A stretch of 33,453 bases of DNA from positions 1 to 33,453 of the forward strand of contig CAZWJJ010000002.1 of assembly GCA_964634555.1 (NCBI GenBank). The letters are read 5' to 3'. Numbering within the stretch: the stretch's first letter is position 1; the number at the start of each line of letters is the position of its first letter. The position numbers and the translations under genes are program-made. Origin of the DNA: an uncultured Candidatus Saccharibacteria bacterium (GTDB lineage: Bacteria; Patescibacteriota; Minisyncoccia; Phycocordibacterales; UBA12445). The notes beneath the pieces were generated by a model. The model saw nothing but the letters and a program-made list of their open reading frames with translations. It did not search any database and was not told the origin of the DNA. Below, one piece after another: positions 25,901 through 33,453 of the stretch.

Positions 25901-27022
25901 ATGAATATGGCAAGAATTTGGAATAAACATAAACAAATAAATACCCCTCTTAAGAGAAAGGTCTTCGTGGGAATGTCTGGTGGTGTGGATTCTTCTGTTT
26001 CGGCGGCTCTATTGAAAAAGGCGGGTTATGATGTTACTGGTGTTTTTATAAAAACATGGTCGCCTGATTGGTTGCCTTGCACATGGAAAGAAGAAAGGCG
26101 CGATGCCATGCGTATAGCGGCAAAACTACAGATCTCGCTTCTAACTCTTGATCTCGAAGAAGAATACAAAAAGGGTGTGGCTGAATACATGATTGAGGGA
26201 TATCGCAAGGGGATAGTCCCGAATCCTGACGTCATGTGCAATAAAATAATAAAATTTGGAGCTTTTTTTGACTTTGCTATGAAGCAGGGTGCTGATATGG
26301 TGGCAACGGGTCATTATGCAAATGTTACTCGAGATAATTCGGATGTCGAAATTTTTAATCTCATTAAATCTAAGGATGTTGAAAAGGATCAAACATATTT
26401 TCTTTGGACTCTCGGTCAAAAACAGCTCTCGCGGACTCTTTTTCCGATTGGCAATCTTTTAAAGTCCGATGTTAGGAAATTAGCTAAAAAATTTGAATTG
26501 CCAAATGCGGAGAAAAAAGACAGCCAGGGATTATGCTTCATGGGCAATATTAATGTTAAAGATTTTTTAAAACATTATATTCAAGAAAAAGAAGGAGATG
26601 TGTTGGATGAACGAGGTGAAGTGATCGGCAAGCATAATGGCGCAACTTTTTTTACCATCGGCGAACGTCATGGTTTTACGATTGATAAAAAAGGTGCGGA
26701 TGATAAGCCGTATTATGTGATCACCAAGGAGATAGATAAGAATATTTTAGTTGTTTCCAATAAACAAAATGATGGAAAAATTATAAAGGATACGGTGGTT
26801 GTAAAAGATGTAAATTGGAATACTGATATTCCGCCTGAGTCAAAGAAAAAATATCAGGCACGGATACGTTATCGCCAGGAACTGCAAAATTGCACCCTTC
26901 ATGAACTCTCTAACGGTAATTATCAAGTTAAATTTGAACAAGGCCAGATAGCACCCTCTAGCGGGCAGTCAGTAGTCTTTTATTTGAAAAATAGTTGCCT
27001 CGGTGGGGGAGTAATCGTATAA
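25901..27022 (+). CDS. mnmA: tRNA 2-thiouridine(34) synthase MnmA
   Basis: PP-loop VFVGMSGGVDSSVSAALL, GIVPNPDVMCNK and ATGHYA blocks. The start is ATG 25901 or 25907 (the track uses GTG 25892). Confidence 0.9.
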   Translation: MNMARIWNKHKQINTPLKRKVFVGMSGGVDSSVSAALLKKAGYDVTGVFIKTWSPDWLPCTWKEERRDAMRIAAKLQISLLTLDLEEEYKKGVAEYMIEGYRKGIVPNPDVMCNKIIKFGAFFDFAMKQGADMVATGHYANVTRDNSDVEIFNLIKSKDVEKDQTYFLWTLGQKQLSRTLFPIGNLLKSDVRKLAKKFELPNAEKKDSQGLCFMGNINVKDFLKHYIQEKEGDVLDERGEVIGKHNGATFFTIGERHGFTIDKKGADDKPYYVITKEIDKNILVVSNKQNDGKIIKDTVVVKDVNWNTDIPPESKKKYQARIRYRQELQNCTLHELSNGNYQVKFEQGQIAPSSGQSVVFYLKNSCLGGGVIV

Positions 27023-27031
27023 TAAAAAACT

Positions 27032-28807
27032 ATGACATCAAAAGAGATTAGGCAACGATTTCTGGATTTTTTCAAGAAGAGAGGGCATACAATTCTACCC
27101 TCGGCCTCGTTAGTGCCGGAGAATGATCCATCTGTGCTTTTTACGACCGCTGGCATGCAGCCGTTAGTACCATATCTGCTCGGCGCTAAACATCCTGCCG
27201 GAACCAAGCTTGCCGATAGTCAAAAATGCGTTCGAACCCAAGACATAGATGAAGTTGGCGATAATACCCACGACACTTTTTTTGAAATGCTCGGTAATTG
27301 GTCGCTCGGAGATTATTTTAAAAAAGAGGCTATTCAATGGAGCTATGAATTTATAACGTCAAAAGAAGAGGGGCTTGGATTAGATCCGACAAGGCTTTAT
27401 GTTACGGTTTTTGAGGGGGATGAAAATGCACCTCGCGATGATGAATCATGCGAAATCTGGAAATCTCTCGGTGTTCCGGAACATCGAATCTATTTTCTTG
27501 GAGCAAACAAAAACTGGTGGAGTGCTGGCGATAATGGCCCATGCGGACCGGACACTGAGATGTTTTATGATGTGACCGAAGAGGGTCTTGGTGATATGAC
27601 AAAAGAGCAATATCTTGCAGCGGATGATAAACAGCAAGTGGTTGAATTCTGGAATGACGTATTTATGGAGTTTGAGAAGAAAGACGGCGGAGTTACAGGC
27701 AAACTTAAAAATAGAAATGTTGATACTGGGGCGGGATTAGAAAGAGTTACCATGCTGATGCAAAAGAAGAATAATATTTTTGAGACCGATCTTTTTTTGC
27801 CGTTAATGAACAAGATCGATGAATTTTCTAATGTTAATGATATTAAGGCAAGACGCATTGTCGCCGATCACATTCGTACGGCGGTTTTTATGATTGGCGA
27901 TGGGGTAATTCCGTCGAATACAGATCGTGGATATATTTTGCGAAGACTTTTGCGCCGAGCTGTCAGATATGCCGATAAGTTACAAATGAAGCCAGGTTCG
28001 CTTTTCTGGCTAGCTGGAACTGTGCCGTCAATATATGGCGATATCTATCCAAATATCACCGATACCATTGAAAATATCCAGAAAGCTATTGATGCAGAGG
28101 AACATAAATTTCGCGAAACTTTGGAGAAGGGCATGGTTGAATTTGAAAAACTCTTTTCAAAAAACAGGTCTATTGACTCTGTCGAAGCCTTTAGTCTGTT
28201 CACAACCTTTGGATTTCCTGTTGAGTTGACCAAAGAACTTGTACATGAAAGGGGCGGTAAGATAGACCTGTCCGACTTCAACAAGATGATGAAGGCTCAT
28301 CAGGACATTTCGCGCTCCGGTTCAGAAAAAAAATTCAAAGGCGGGCTTGCCGATCATAGCAGAGAAACAGTTCGACTTCACACTGCTCATCATCTATTGC
28401 TGGCGGCTCTGCAAACTATTTTAGGCTCAACTGTTCATCAGCGCGGCTCAAATATCACATCTGAACGTCTGCGAATCGATTTTTCTTTTGAACGCAAAAT
28501 GACCGATGATGAAAAAAAGAAGGTTGAAGATCTGGTAAATGGTTGGATAGTTGAGAAAATTCCGGTTATTCGACGTGATATGCCTAAGACCGAGGCCGAA
28601 GCGCTTGGTGCCGAGCACGAGTTCGGTGCAACTTACGGAGATATTGTTTCGGTTTATTTTGTCGAAAGACCAGATGGTGCCAGAGTTTCTAAAGAGTTCT
28701 GCGGTGGTCCCCACGTTGCCAACACAGGTGAATTGAGCCATTTTAAAATTTTAAAAGAAGAAGCGGTGGCTGCTGGCATAAGAAGAATTAAAGCTGTTCT
28801 CGAGTAG
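27032..28807 (+). CDS. alaS: Alanyl-tRNA synthetase, short form (591 aa)
   Basis: The N-terminus MTSKEIRQRFLDFFKKRGHTILPSASLVPENDPSVLFTTAGMQP is canonical AlaRS. Editing-site motifs HTAHHLL (HxxxH) and CGGPHV (CxxxH) are present. The ORF ends soon after the editing motifs. Confidence 0.88.
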   Translation: MTSKEIRQRFLDFFKKRGHTILPSASLVPENDPSVLFTTAGMQPLVPYLLGAKHPAGTKLADSQKCVRTQDIDEVGDNTHDTFFEMLGNWSLGDYFKKEAIQWSYEFITSKEEGLGLDPTRLYVTVFEGDENAPRDDESCEIWKSLGVPEHRIYFLGANKNWWSAGDNGPCGPDTEMFYDVTEEGLGDMTKEQYLAADDKQQVVEFWNDVFMEFEKKDGGVTGKLKNRNVDTGAGLERVTMLMQKKNNIFETDLFLPLMNKIDEFSNVNDIKARRIVADHIRTAVFMIGDGVIPSNTDRGYILRRLLRRAVRYADKLQMKPGSLFWLAGTVPSIYGDIYPNITDTIENIQKAIDAEEHKFRETLEKGMVEFEKLFSKNRSIDSVEAFSLFTTFGFPVELTKELVHERGGKIDLSDFNKMMKAHQDISRSGSEKKFKGGLADHSRETVRLHTAHHLLLAALQTILGSTVHQRGSNITSERLRIDFSFERKMTDDEKKKVEDLVNGWIVEKIPVIRRDMPKTEAEALGAEHEFGATYGDIVSVYFVERPDGARVSKEFCGGPHVANTGELSHFKILKEEAVAAGIRRIKAVLE

Positions 28808-28854
28808 GTGGCTATCCACAGACCAATCAGACAGAAAAGGTATATAATTGTCTT

Positions 28855-29991
28855 ATGAATGCGGCTATTATTGATATTGGTAGCGGTAGTGTTGCTTTAG
28901 CCTTGGTTGAGCTGGAAAAAAATAAAGCTCCTAAAATAAAATTTTCTCGCCGGTATGATTTCCGAATGGATTCGGACCTCAATCTAGACAGAATTGTAAG
29001 CCAAACATTGACCGGCTTAACTGGTTTGATATTAGAACTACAAAATTCCGGCTTTAATCCTCCTGAAAAGATCTTCTGTTTTCTTTCTTCTCATCTCATA
29101 GCTTCACAAACTCGGATAATCAAAGCCAATTTTAATCAGCCTAGGAAGATAGATCAATTAATGATCGATGAGCTTATAAAAGGGGACCTCGATAAATTCA
29201 AAATCGATAATGGCGGTACGCTTGGAGATAAAAATACGATCATTATAGAAAAAAAGATCATGCGAGTGAGGTTGAATGGCTACGAAGTTTCGAAATTTAA
29301 AAACAAAAACGCTACTGCTATCGAAATATCAATGTTATTAACTCTAACCTCAGTTAAAATTTTTGATCAAATTAAAGAGCTTATCATTGGAGCATTTCAT
29401 AATAAAGAATTGGAAGCGCATTCTTTTTCTTTGGCATTATTTACCGTTATAAGAGATTTATGGGAGGCGGACAGGGATTTTATATTTATGGATATAGGTT
29501 CGGAAATTACAGATATTTGCCTAACAAGGGGCGCGGCGCTCGAGAGTTCCACTTCATTTCCAGTCGGTAAAAATAGTTTAATTCGCTCGATGATCGATCA
29601 AACAAATACCAATCAAAAAGTCGTCGAATCAATGCTTAATAACTACGCCGCCGACCCGCTCGATAGCCGAATTAGAAGATATGTTAAGGATAATTTGAAT
29701 CAGGCTGGTAGGCGCTGGATGGATCTCATCTATTCAGCCATGTCCAAGCTGGATGGGCAAAGTAAATTACCTGCAGATCTTATCTTATTGGCCGACAGAG
29801 ATTCTTCGGCGATTTTTGAGGAATTAATCGGCCAGATCAAGTTATCGAATCTGACAATTTTAAATAAAGAACCGAATTTGAAAAAACTTTCTGGCGATGA
29901 GTTGAGAAAATTTTGTGAGAATAAAAGCGGTGCAAGCGATGATATCTTTCTTTCTATCTTATCAATATACGTTAGTAAGTTATTAAATTAA
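28855..29991 (+). CDS. Actin-like ATPase, divergent FtsA/PilM family
   Basis: 378 aa. AIIDIGSGSVALAL (phosphate-1-like) and FMDIGSEITDICL (phosphate-2-like). The usual GG adenosine motif position reads LLADRDS. Confidence 0.45.
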   Translation: MNAAIIDIGSGSVALALVELEKNKAPKIKFSRRYDFRMDSDLNLDRIVSQTLTGLTGLILELQNSGFNPPEKIFCFLSSHLIASQTRIIKANFNQPRKIDQLMIDELIKGDLDKFKIDNGGTLGDKNTIIIEKKIMRVRLNGYEVSKFKNKNATAIEISMLLTLTSVKIFDQIKELIIGAFHNKELEAHSFSLALFTVIRDLWEADRDFIFMDIGSEITDICLTRGAALESSTSFPVGKNSLIRSMIDQTNTNQKVVESMLNNYAADPLDSRIRRYVKDNLNQAGRRWMDLIYSAMSKLDGQSKLPADLILLADRDSSAIFEELIGQIKLSNLTILNKEPNLKKLSGDELRKFCENKSGASDDIFLSILSIYVSKLLN

Positions 29992-29995
29992 TAAT

Positions 29996-31261
29996 ATGAG
30001 CAAAAAATTCATACAGGATGTAGTTTCTCGAAATAACTCACATGATGATGGGAATGAACGTCAGGATTTCGAGGTTCATCACCATCATAGGCACAAAAGA
30101 AAAGGCATCATGACTGCTTTTTATGTTCTAATTAGTTCCATATTTGTAATTGGGATCTTTGTAGCCATTTCATCTACCTACTCCAATGTTGTCGTTAAGG
30201 TTACGACAACAAAAAAAGATGTTTCGGTAAATGATTCAGTAATATTAACAAAAGACGGCTTAAATGGGGCGCTAAAATACGATATTATGGCACTGGATGC
30301 TACTGAATCGGGGTCGTTACCCGTAAGTGGAACTAAAAACGTACAAACAACAGCGGTCGGAAGTGTAACGATTTACAATTCATACAGTAAATCAACTCAG
30401 ACTTTAGTTTCAGGGACCAGACTTCAAACAAAAGATGGCTTGATCTATAAAATAGAAAAAACAGTCAATGTGCCGGGAATTTACATGACTGGAGATAAAA
30501 CTTTCCCCGGATCAATTGATGTTTCAGTTAGGGCAAGCCAACCAGGACAAAAATATAACATCCCTCCTTCTGATTTTACGATCCCCGGTTTTTCCAATAG
30601 TCCCAAATTCCTCAAGATCACCGCCCACTCTAAGAATAATATTTCCGGTGGATTTATAGGTGAGGTTAAAACAGCAACCCAGGCCAGCATCGACGAAATG
30701 CGTTCTCGGCTTCAAGACACCATAAAACAAAAATTAACCCAGAAAGCCTTGCTTCAGGCACCCAAGGATATGATAGTTTTTAATGATGCTATGACTATAA
30801 ATTTTACTGATAATGCGATCAACAATTCAATCCAAGTTGATACTGACAGCAAGGGTACCAACCTTACTGTAAAAGGCACACTTAATGCAATATTAATAAG
30901 TATCAACGATCTTAAAAAACTTATTATAAAAAACGACATAGGCAGTGCTGGTAAAGATGCAAATATTGTTCTAAGCGGTATGAATGACCTTAATTTTAAA
31001 ATAGCTAATAAGGATAAATTAAATCTATCTTTAGCGCCATCAATATCGGCAACCATTCAAGGGAATTTAACAGCTGTTTGGGATTTTGATACAGATGCTT
31101 TGAAGGCCAAGCTGATCGGTATTAAAAAATCCAACTACCAGGAGATGTTTAAAGAGTTTAATGTGATTGAGAAGGCAGAGGCAATCTTTACGCCTTCTTG
31201 GGCATTTTCATTCCCCAACGACCCTTCGAGAATAGAAATCGATAAGAATTTTATCAATTAA
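29996..31261 (+). CDS. Membrane-anchored hypothetical protein (421 aa), probable partner of the actin-like ATPase
   Basis: Starts 4 nt after the upstream stop. His-rich N-terminus (FEVHHHHRHKRKG), one TM helix (IMTAFYVLISSIFVIGIFVAISS) and a Thr/Ser/Asn-rich, beta-like extracytoplasmic region. Confidence 0.55.
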   Translation: MSKKFIQDVVSRNNSHDDGNERQDFEVHHHHRHKRKGIMTAFYVLISSIFVIGIFVAISSTYSNVVVKVTTTKKDVSVNDSVILTKDGLNGALKYDIMALDATESGSLPVSGTKNVQTTAVGSVTIYNSYSKSTQTLVSGTRLQTKDGLIYKIEKTVNVPGIYMTGDKTFPGSIDVSVRASQPGQKYNIPPSDFTIPGFSNSPKFLKITAHSKNNISGGFIGEVKTATQASIDEMRSRLQDTIKQKLTQKALLQAPKDMIVFNDAMTINFTDNAINNSIQVDTDSKGTNLTVKGTLNAILISINDLKKLIIKNDIGSAGKDANIVLSGMNDLNFKIANKDKLNLSLAPSISATIQGNLTAVWDFDTDALKAKLIGIKKSNYQEMFKEFNVIEKAEAIFTPSWAFSFPNDPSRIEIDKNFIN

Positions 31262-31282
31262 TAAAGATAATGGATGAATAGC

Positions 31283-31312
31283 TTGACTTCAAATAGATTA
31301 TTCTGCTATTAT
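31283..31312 (+). promoter_or_regulatory. Putative promoter of the infA-rpmJ-rpsM-rpsK-rpsD cluster (TTGACT-N18-TATTAT)
   Basis: ttgact at 31283-31288 and tattat at 31307-31312. Confidence 0.4.
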
Positions 31313-31329
31313 GTCCGAGCAATTTGAAT

Positions 31330-31557
31330 ATGGAAAAAATCCTTGAAAAAGGCCACATGGACCAGGAAGTAGACGGTGTTGTGGTTGAAGCCTTACCCAA
31401 TATGATGTTCCGAGTTGATATCGGCGATGGCAAAATACTTTTGGCTTATCTTGCCGGTAAGATGAGAATGAATAGGATTAAAGTACTGATTGGGGATCGA
31501 GTTAGAATTAAGCTCGACATCTACGGTGAAAGAGGCAGGGTTATAAGAAGATATTAA
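31330..31557 (+). CDS. infA: Translation initiation factor IF-1
   Basis: VDGVVVEALPNMMFRVDIGDGKILLAYLAGKMRMNRIKVLIGDRVRIKLD is a canonical S1-like IF-1 core. The start codon is uncertain (31324, 31330 or 31357). Confidence 0.9.
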   Translation: MEKILEKGHMDQEVDGVVVEALPNMMFRVDIGDGKILLAYLAGKMRMNRIKVLIGDRVRIKLDIYGERGRVIRRY

Positions 31558-31579
31558 TAGAAGATTTAGTTAATAAGGA

Positions 31580-31693
31580 ATGAAAGTACGATCAGCATTA
31601 AAGAAATTATGCGCAAAATGCAAGATGGTCCGGAGGAAAGGCTGTCTATTCGTAGTGTGTTCAAACCCAAAACATAAACAGCGACAGGGATAA
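31580..31693 (+). CDS. rpmJ: 50S ribosomal protein L36 (below the ORF-track length cutoff)
   Basis: Hand translation gives [37 protein letters not shown] then TAA. This is the canonical L36 zinc-ribbon sequence, in the canonical position between infA and rpsM. Confidence 0.92.
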   Translation: MKVRSALKKLCAKCKMVRRKGCLFVVCSNPKHKQRQG

Positions 31694-31723
31694 TATTAAG
31701 TAATTTATTAAAAAGAAAAAGAA

Positions 31724-32104
31724 ATGAGGATCTCAGGCATAACAATCCCAGATAATAAAAGGCTCGAAATCGCCCTAACGGCTGTCTATGGAGTCGGCAG
31801 AAGCTTGGCTCAAAAAATGCTAGACGAACAATCTATTCCTTATAGCACTAAGGCATCAGAACTATCAGCTGATCAGGAAAATAATCTAAGAAAGAGAGTA
31901 GAATCTGAAAAGATTGAGGGAGACCTAAAACGTATCGTTGCCGGCAATATCAAGCGCCTCAAGGACATTAAGGCATACAGGGGATTAAGGCATGCTAAAA
32001 ATTTACCTTCTCGCGGTCAAAGAACTAAAACTAATTCACGAACTAGGAGAGGAAACGTCCGAAAGACAATGGGTTCGGGAAGAAAGAAGGTTGAAAAGAA
32101 GTAA
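31724..32104 (+). CDS. rpsM: 30S ribosomal protein S13
   Basis: MRISGITIPDNKRLEIALTAVYGVGRSLAQ... with a basic C-terminal tail. Confidence 0.95.
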   Translation: MRISGITIPDNKRLEIALTAVYGVGRSLAQKMLDEQSIPYSTKASELSADQENNLRKRVESEKIEGDLKRIVAGNIKRLKDIKAYRGLRHAKNLPSRGQRTKTNSRTRRGNVRKTMGSGRKKVEKK

Positions 32105-32128
32105 AACTAATATAAAAACACAGCAATT

Positions 32129-32560
32129 ATGCCAAAGAAAAAAGATACTGAACCAAAAGATGTTAATGCGGAAACTGCCGAGCAGAAGCCGGTTGTTAAA
32201 AACGCCAAGCAGAGATTTTCATCCGGAACTCTTTATGTTCAGGCTACTTACAACAACACAAAACTTCTTTTGACTGATAATGACGGTAATGCCATAGCGT
32301 CTTCTTCTAGCGGTGCCCTGGGATTCAGCGGTGCCAAGAAGGGTACGCCATTTGCGGCCGCAAAAGTTGGAGAATTGATCGGAGATAAGGCTATCGCTAT
32401 CGGCATAAAAGACGCCAATGTTGTGGTTAAAGGTGTCGGTGCGGGACGAGAATCAGCCATAAGAGCTTTTTCATCAAAAGGTATAAATATTTCCGCGATT
32501 CGAGACGAGACCCCAATTCCGCATAATGGCCCAAAGCCTAAGAAGCCAAGACGAGTATAA
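32129..32560 (+). CDS. rpsK: 30S ribosomal protein S11
   Basis: GTLYVQATYNNTKLLLTDNDGNAI...SGALGFSGAKKGTPFAA...VKGVGAGRESAIRA is canonical S11. Confidence 0.95.
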   Translation: MPKKKDTEPKDVNAETAEQKPVVKNAKQRFSSGTLYVQATYNNTKLLLTDNDGNAIASSSSGALGFSGAKKGTPFAAAKVGELIGDKAIAIGIKDANVVVKGVGAGRESAIRAFSSKGINISAIRDETPIPHNGPKPKKPRRV

Positions 32561-32587
32561 TTCCGGATAATTTAATAATCAGAAACA

Positions 32588-33205
32588 ATGTTAGTAGAAA
32601 GAAAATATAAAATTTGTAAAAGACTGGGTGACGGCATTTTTAATAAATGTCAGACGCCGGCTTTTTCCCGAGCTGCCGCCCCAAAAAAGAATTCTCTCAA
32701 GAAACGTGCTCCTCGAGCCCGATCTGAATATGGCAATCAGCTCATAGAAAAGCAGAAGGTGCGATATACATATCTGATTCGAGAAAGGCAGTTTTCTAAC
32801 TATGTTGAAAAAGCAACAAAAATGAAAGGAGTAAATTCTTCTGAACAACTCTACAAGTTTCTGGAAAAAAGACTGGATAATGTTGTATATAGAGCCGGTT
32901 TAGCGCCATCAAGAGCCGGATCAAGACAGTTGGTGTCTCACGGCCACATCTTAGTTAATGGTACAAGAGTTACAATTCCGTCCTATCAACTTGTTACAGG
33001 CGATAAGATTTCAATCAGGCCAGGTAGTAAGGACAAAACAGTTTTTAAGGGTTTATCTGATAAGCTAAAAAACTACAAAATGCCGAAGTGGCTTAAGTTC
33101 GATCCAAACCTGATGGAAGTTGAGGTTATATCAGAGCCAAATGCGCTTGATTCTGGCTCGACTTTGAACCTAAACTCAGTTATGGAATTTTATAGTAGAA
33201 CCTAG
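32588..33205 (+). CDS. rpsD: 30S ribosomal protein S4
   Basis: SEYGNQLIEKQKVRYTYLIRERQF and RLDNVVYRAGLAPSRAGSRQLVSHGHILVNG (S4 RNA-binding domain). Confidence 0.93.
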   Translation: MLVERKYKICKRLGDGIFNKCQTPAFSRAAAPKKNSLKKRAPRARSEYGNQLIEKQKVRYTYLIRERQFSNYVEKATKMKGVNSSEQLYKFLEKRLDNVVYRAGLAPSRAGSRQLVSHGHILVNGTRVTIPSYQLVTGDKISIRPGSKDKTVFKGLSDKLKNYKMPKWLKFDPNLMEVEVISEPNALDSGSTLNLNSVMEFYSRT

Positions 33206-33254
33206 TTAGGAAATACAGACAATAGCTGGCTCAGAAAATATTTGGCAGTAGAAC

Positions 33255-33283
33255 TTGCAAAAATCAAACAAATAGTTTATAAT
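33255..33283 (+). promoter_or_regulatory. Putative promoter upstream of rpoA (TTGCAA-N17-TATAAT)
   Basis: ttgcaa at 33255-33260 and a consensus tataat at 33278-33283. Confidence 0.45.
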
Positions 33284-33317
33284 GCGTAACTAAATATTTA
33301 ATATTTTTTTAAAAAAT

Positions 33318-33453
33318 ATGCCAAATTATAACATTGTTCTCCCATCAAAACCTCGCGTAGTTTCTGAGGCAGATTTCAAGGGCGTTTATGAAATCGATGG
33401 ACTCTATCCGGGATACGGCCATACATTAGGAAATTCCTTGAGAAGGATAATTT
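33318..33453 (+). CDS. rpoA: DNA-directed RNA polymerase subunit alpha, N-terminal fragment (runs off the window)
   Basis: Hand translation gives MPNYNIVLPSKPRVVSEADFKGVYEIDGLYPGYGHTLGNSLRRII. This matches the RpoA N-terminal GYG.TLGN.LRR block, and the position after rpsD is canonical. Confidence 0.85.
   Translation, partial: MPNYNIVLPSKPRVVSEADFKGVYEIDGLYPGYGHTLGNSLRRII

Noticed and set aside
1-33453. Alternative genetic code (stop-codon reassignment) as an explanation for the in-frame TAA in topA and TAG in uvrB
   Set aside because: TAA, TAG and TGA each terminate several well-conserved genes at the expected C-termini. Examples are rplI, uvrA and rpsD with TAG, serS and rpsK with TAA, and ORFs 8281 and 15365 with TGA. 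Conserved genes contain no other in-frame stops.

Overview
AT-rich, tightly packed bacterial chromosomal segment. Spot counts give 24/60 G+C at 5041-5100. All three stop codons terminate genes and there are no in-frame TGA codons in conserved genes, so the standard code (11) applies. Short AlaRS and UvrA, a PriA without helicase motifs, a divergent FtsA/PilM-like pair and almost no Shine-Dalgarno sequences on core genes suggest a small-genome lineage such as Patescibacteria/CPR. That assignment is an inference only. Core genes: rel, topA, dprA, serS, ftsQ-like, dus, ctpA-like, rplI, rpmA, uvrB, uvrA, truB-like, ddl, priA, mnmA, alaS and the infA-rpmJ-rpsM-rpsK-rpsD-rpoA cluster. rpmJ is missing from the ORF track and rpoA is partial. 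No tRNA, rRNA, CRISPR array, transposase or integrase was recognised. The accessory layer is the interesting part. (1) Three strongly GC-enriched ORFs (154, 141 and 614 aa) appear to share a C-terminal module. Each sits as a self-contained cassette, and all three share a short motif in their 3' flanks. (2) A nested-palindrome repeat family (GTCATTGCGAG.../...CTCGCAATGAC) occurs at three loci, two of them directly after the small GC-rich ORFs. These two loci form a 54/57-identical direct-repeat pair bracketing uvrB. (3) topA and uvrB each carry a frame-preserving in-frame stop codon at a conserved position. (4) A 564-nt GC-rich non-coding region rich in palindromes lies upstream of the 614-aa ORF. 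(5) Two small-ORF modules flank uvrA. (6) Accessory ORFs carry canonical GGAGG ribosome-binding sites while core genes lack them. All functional interpretations of the accessory layer are hypotheses.
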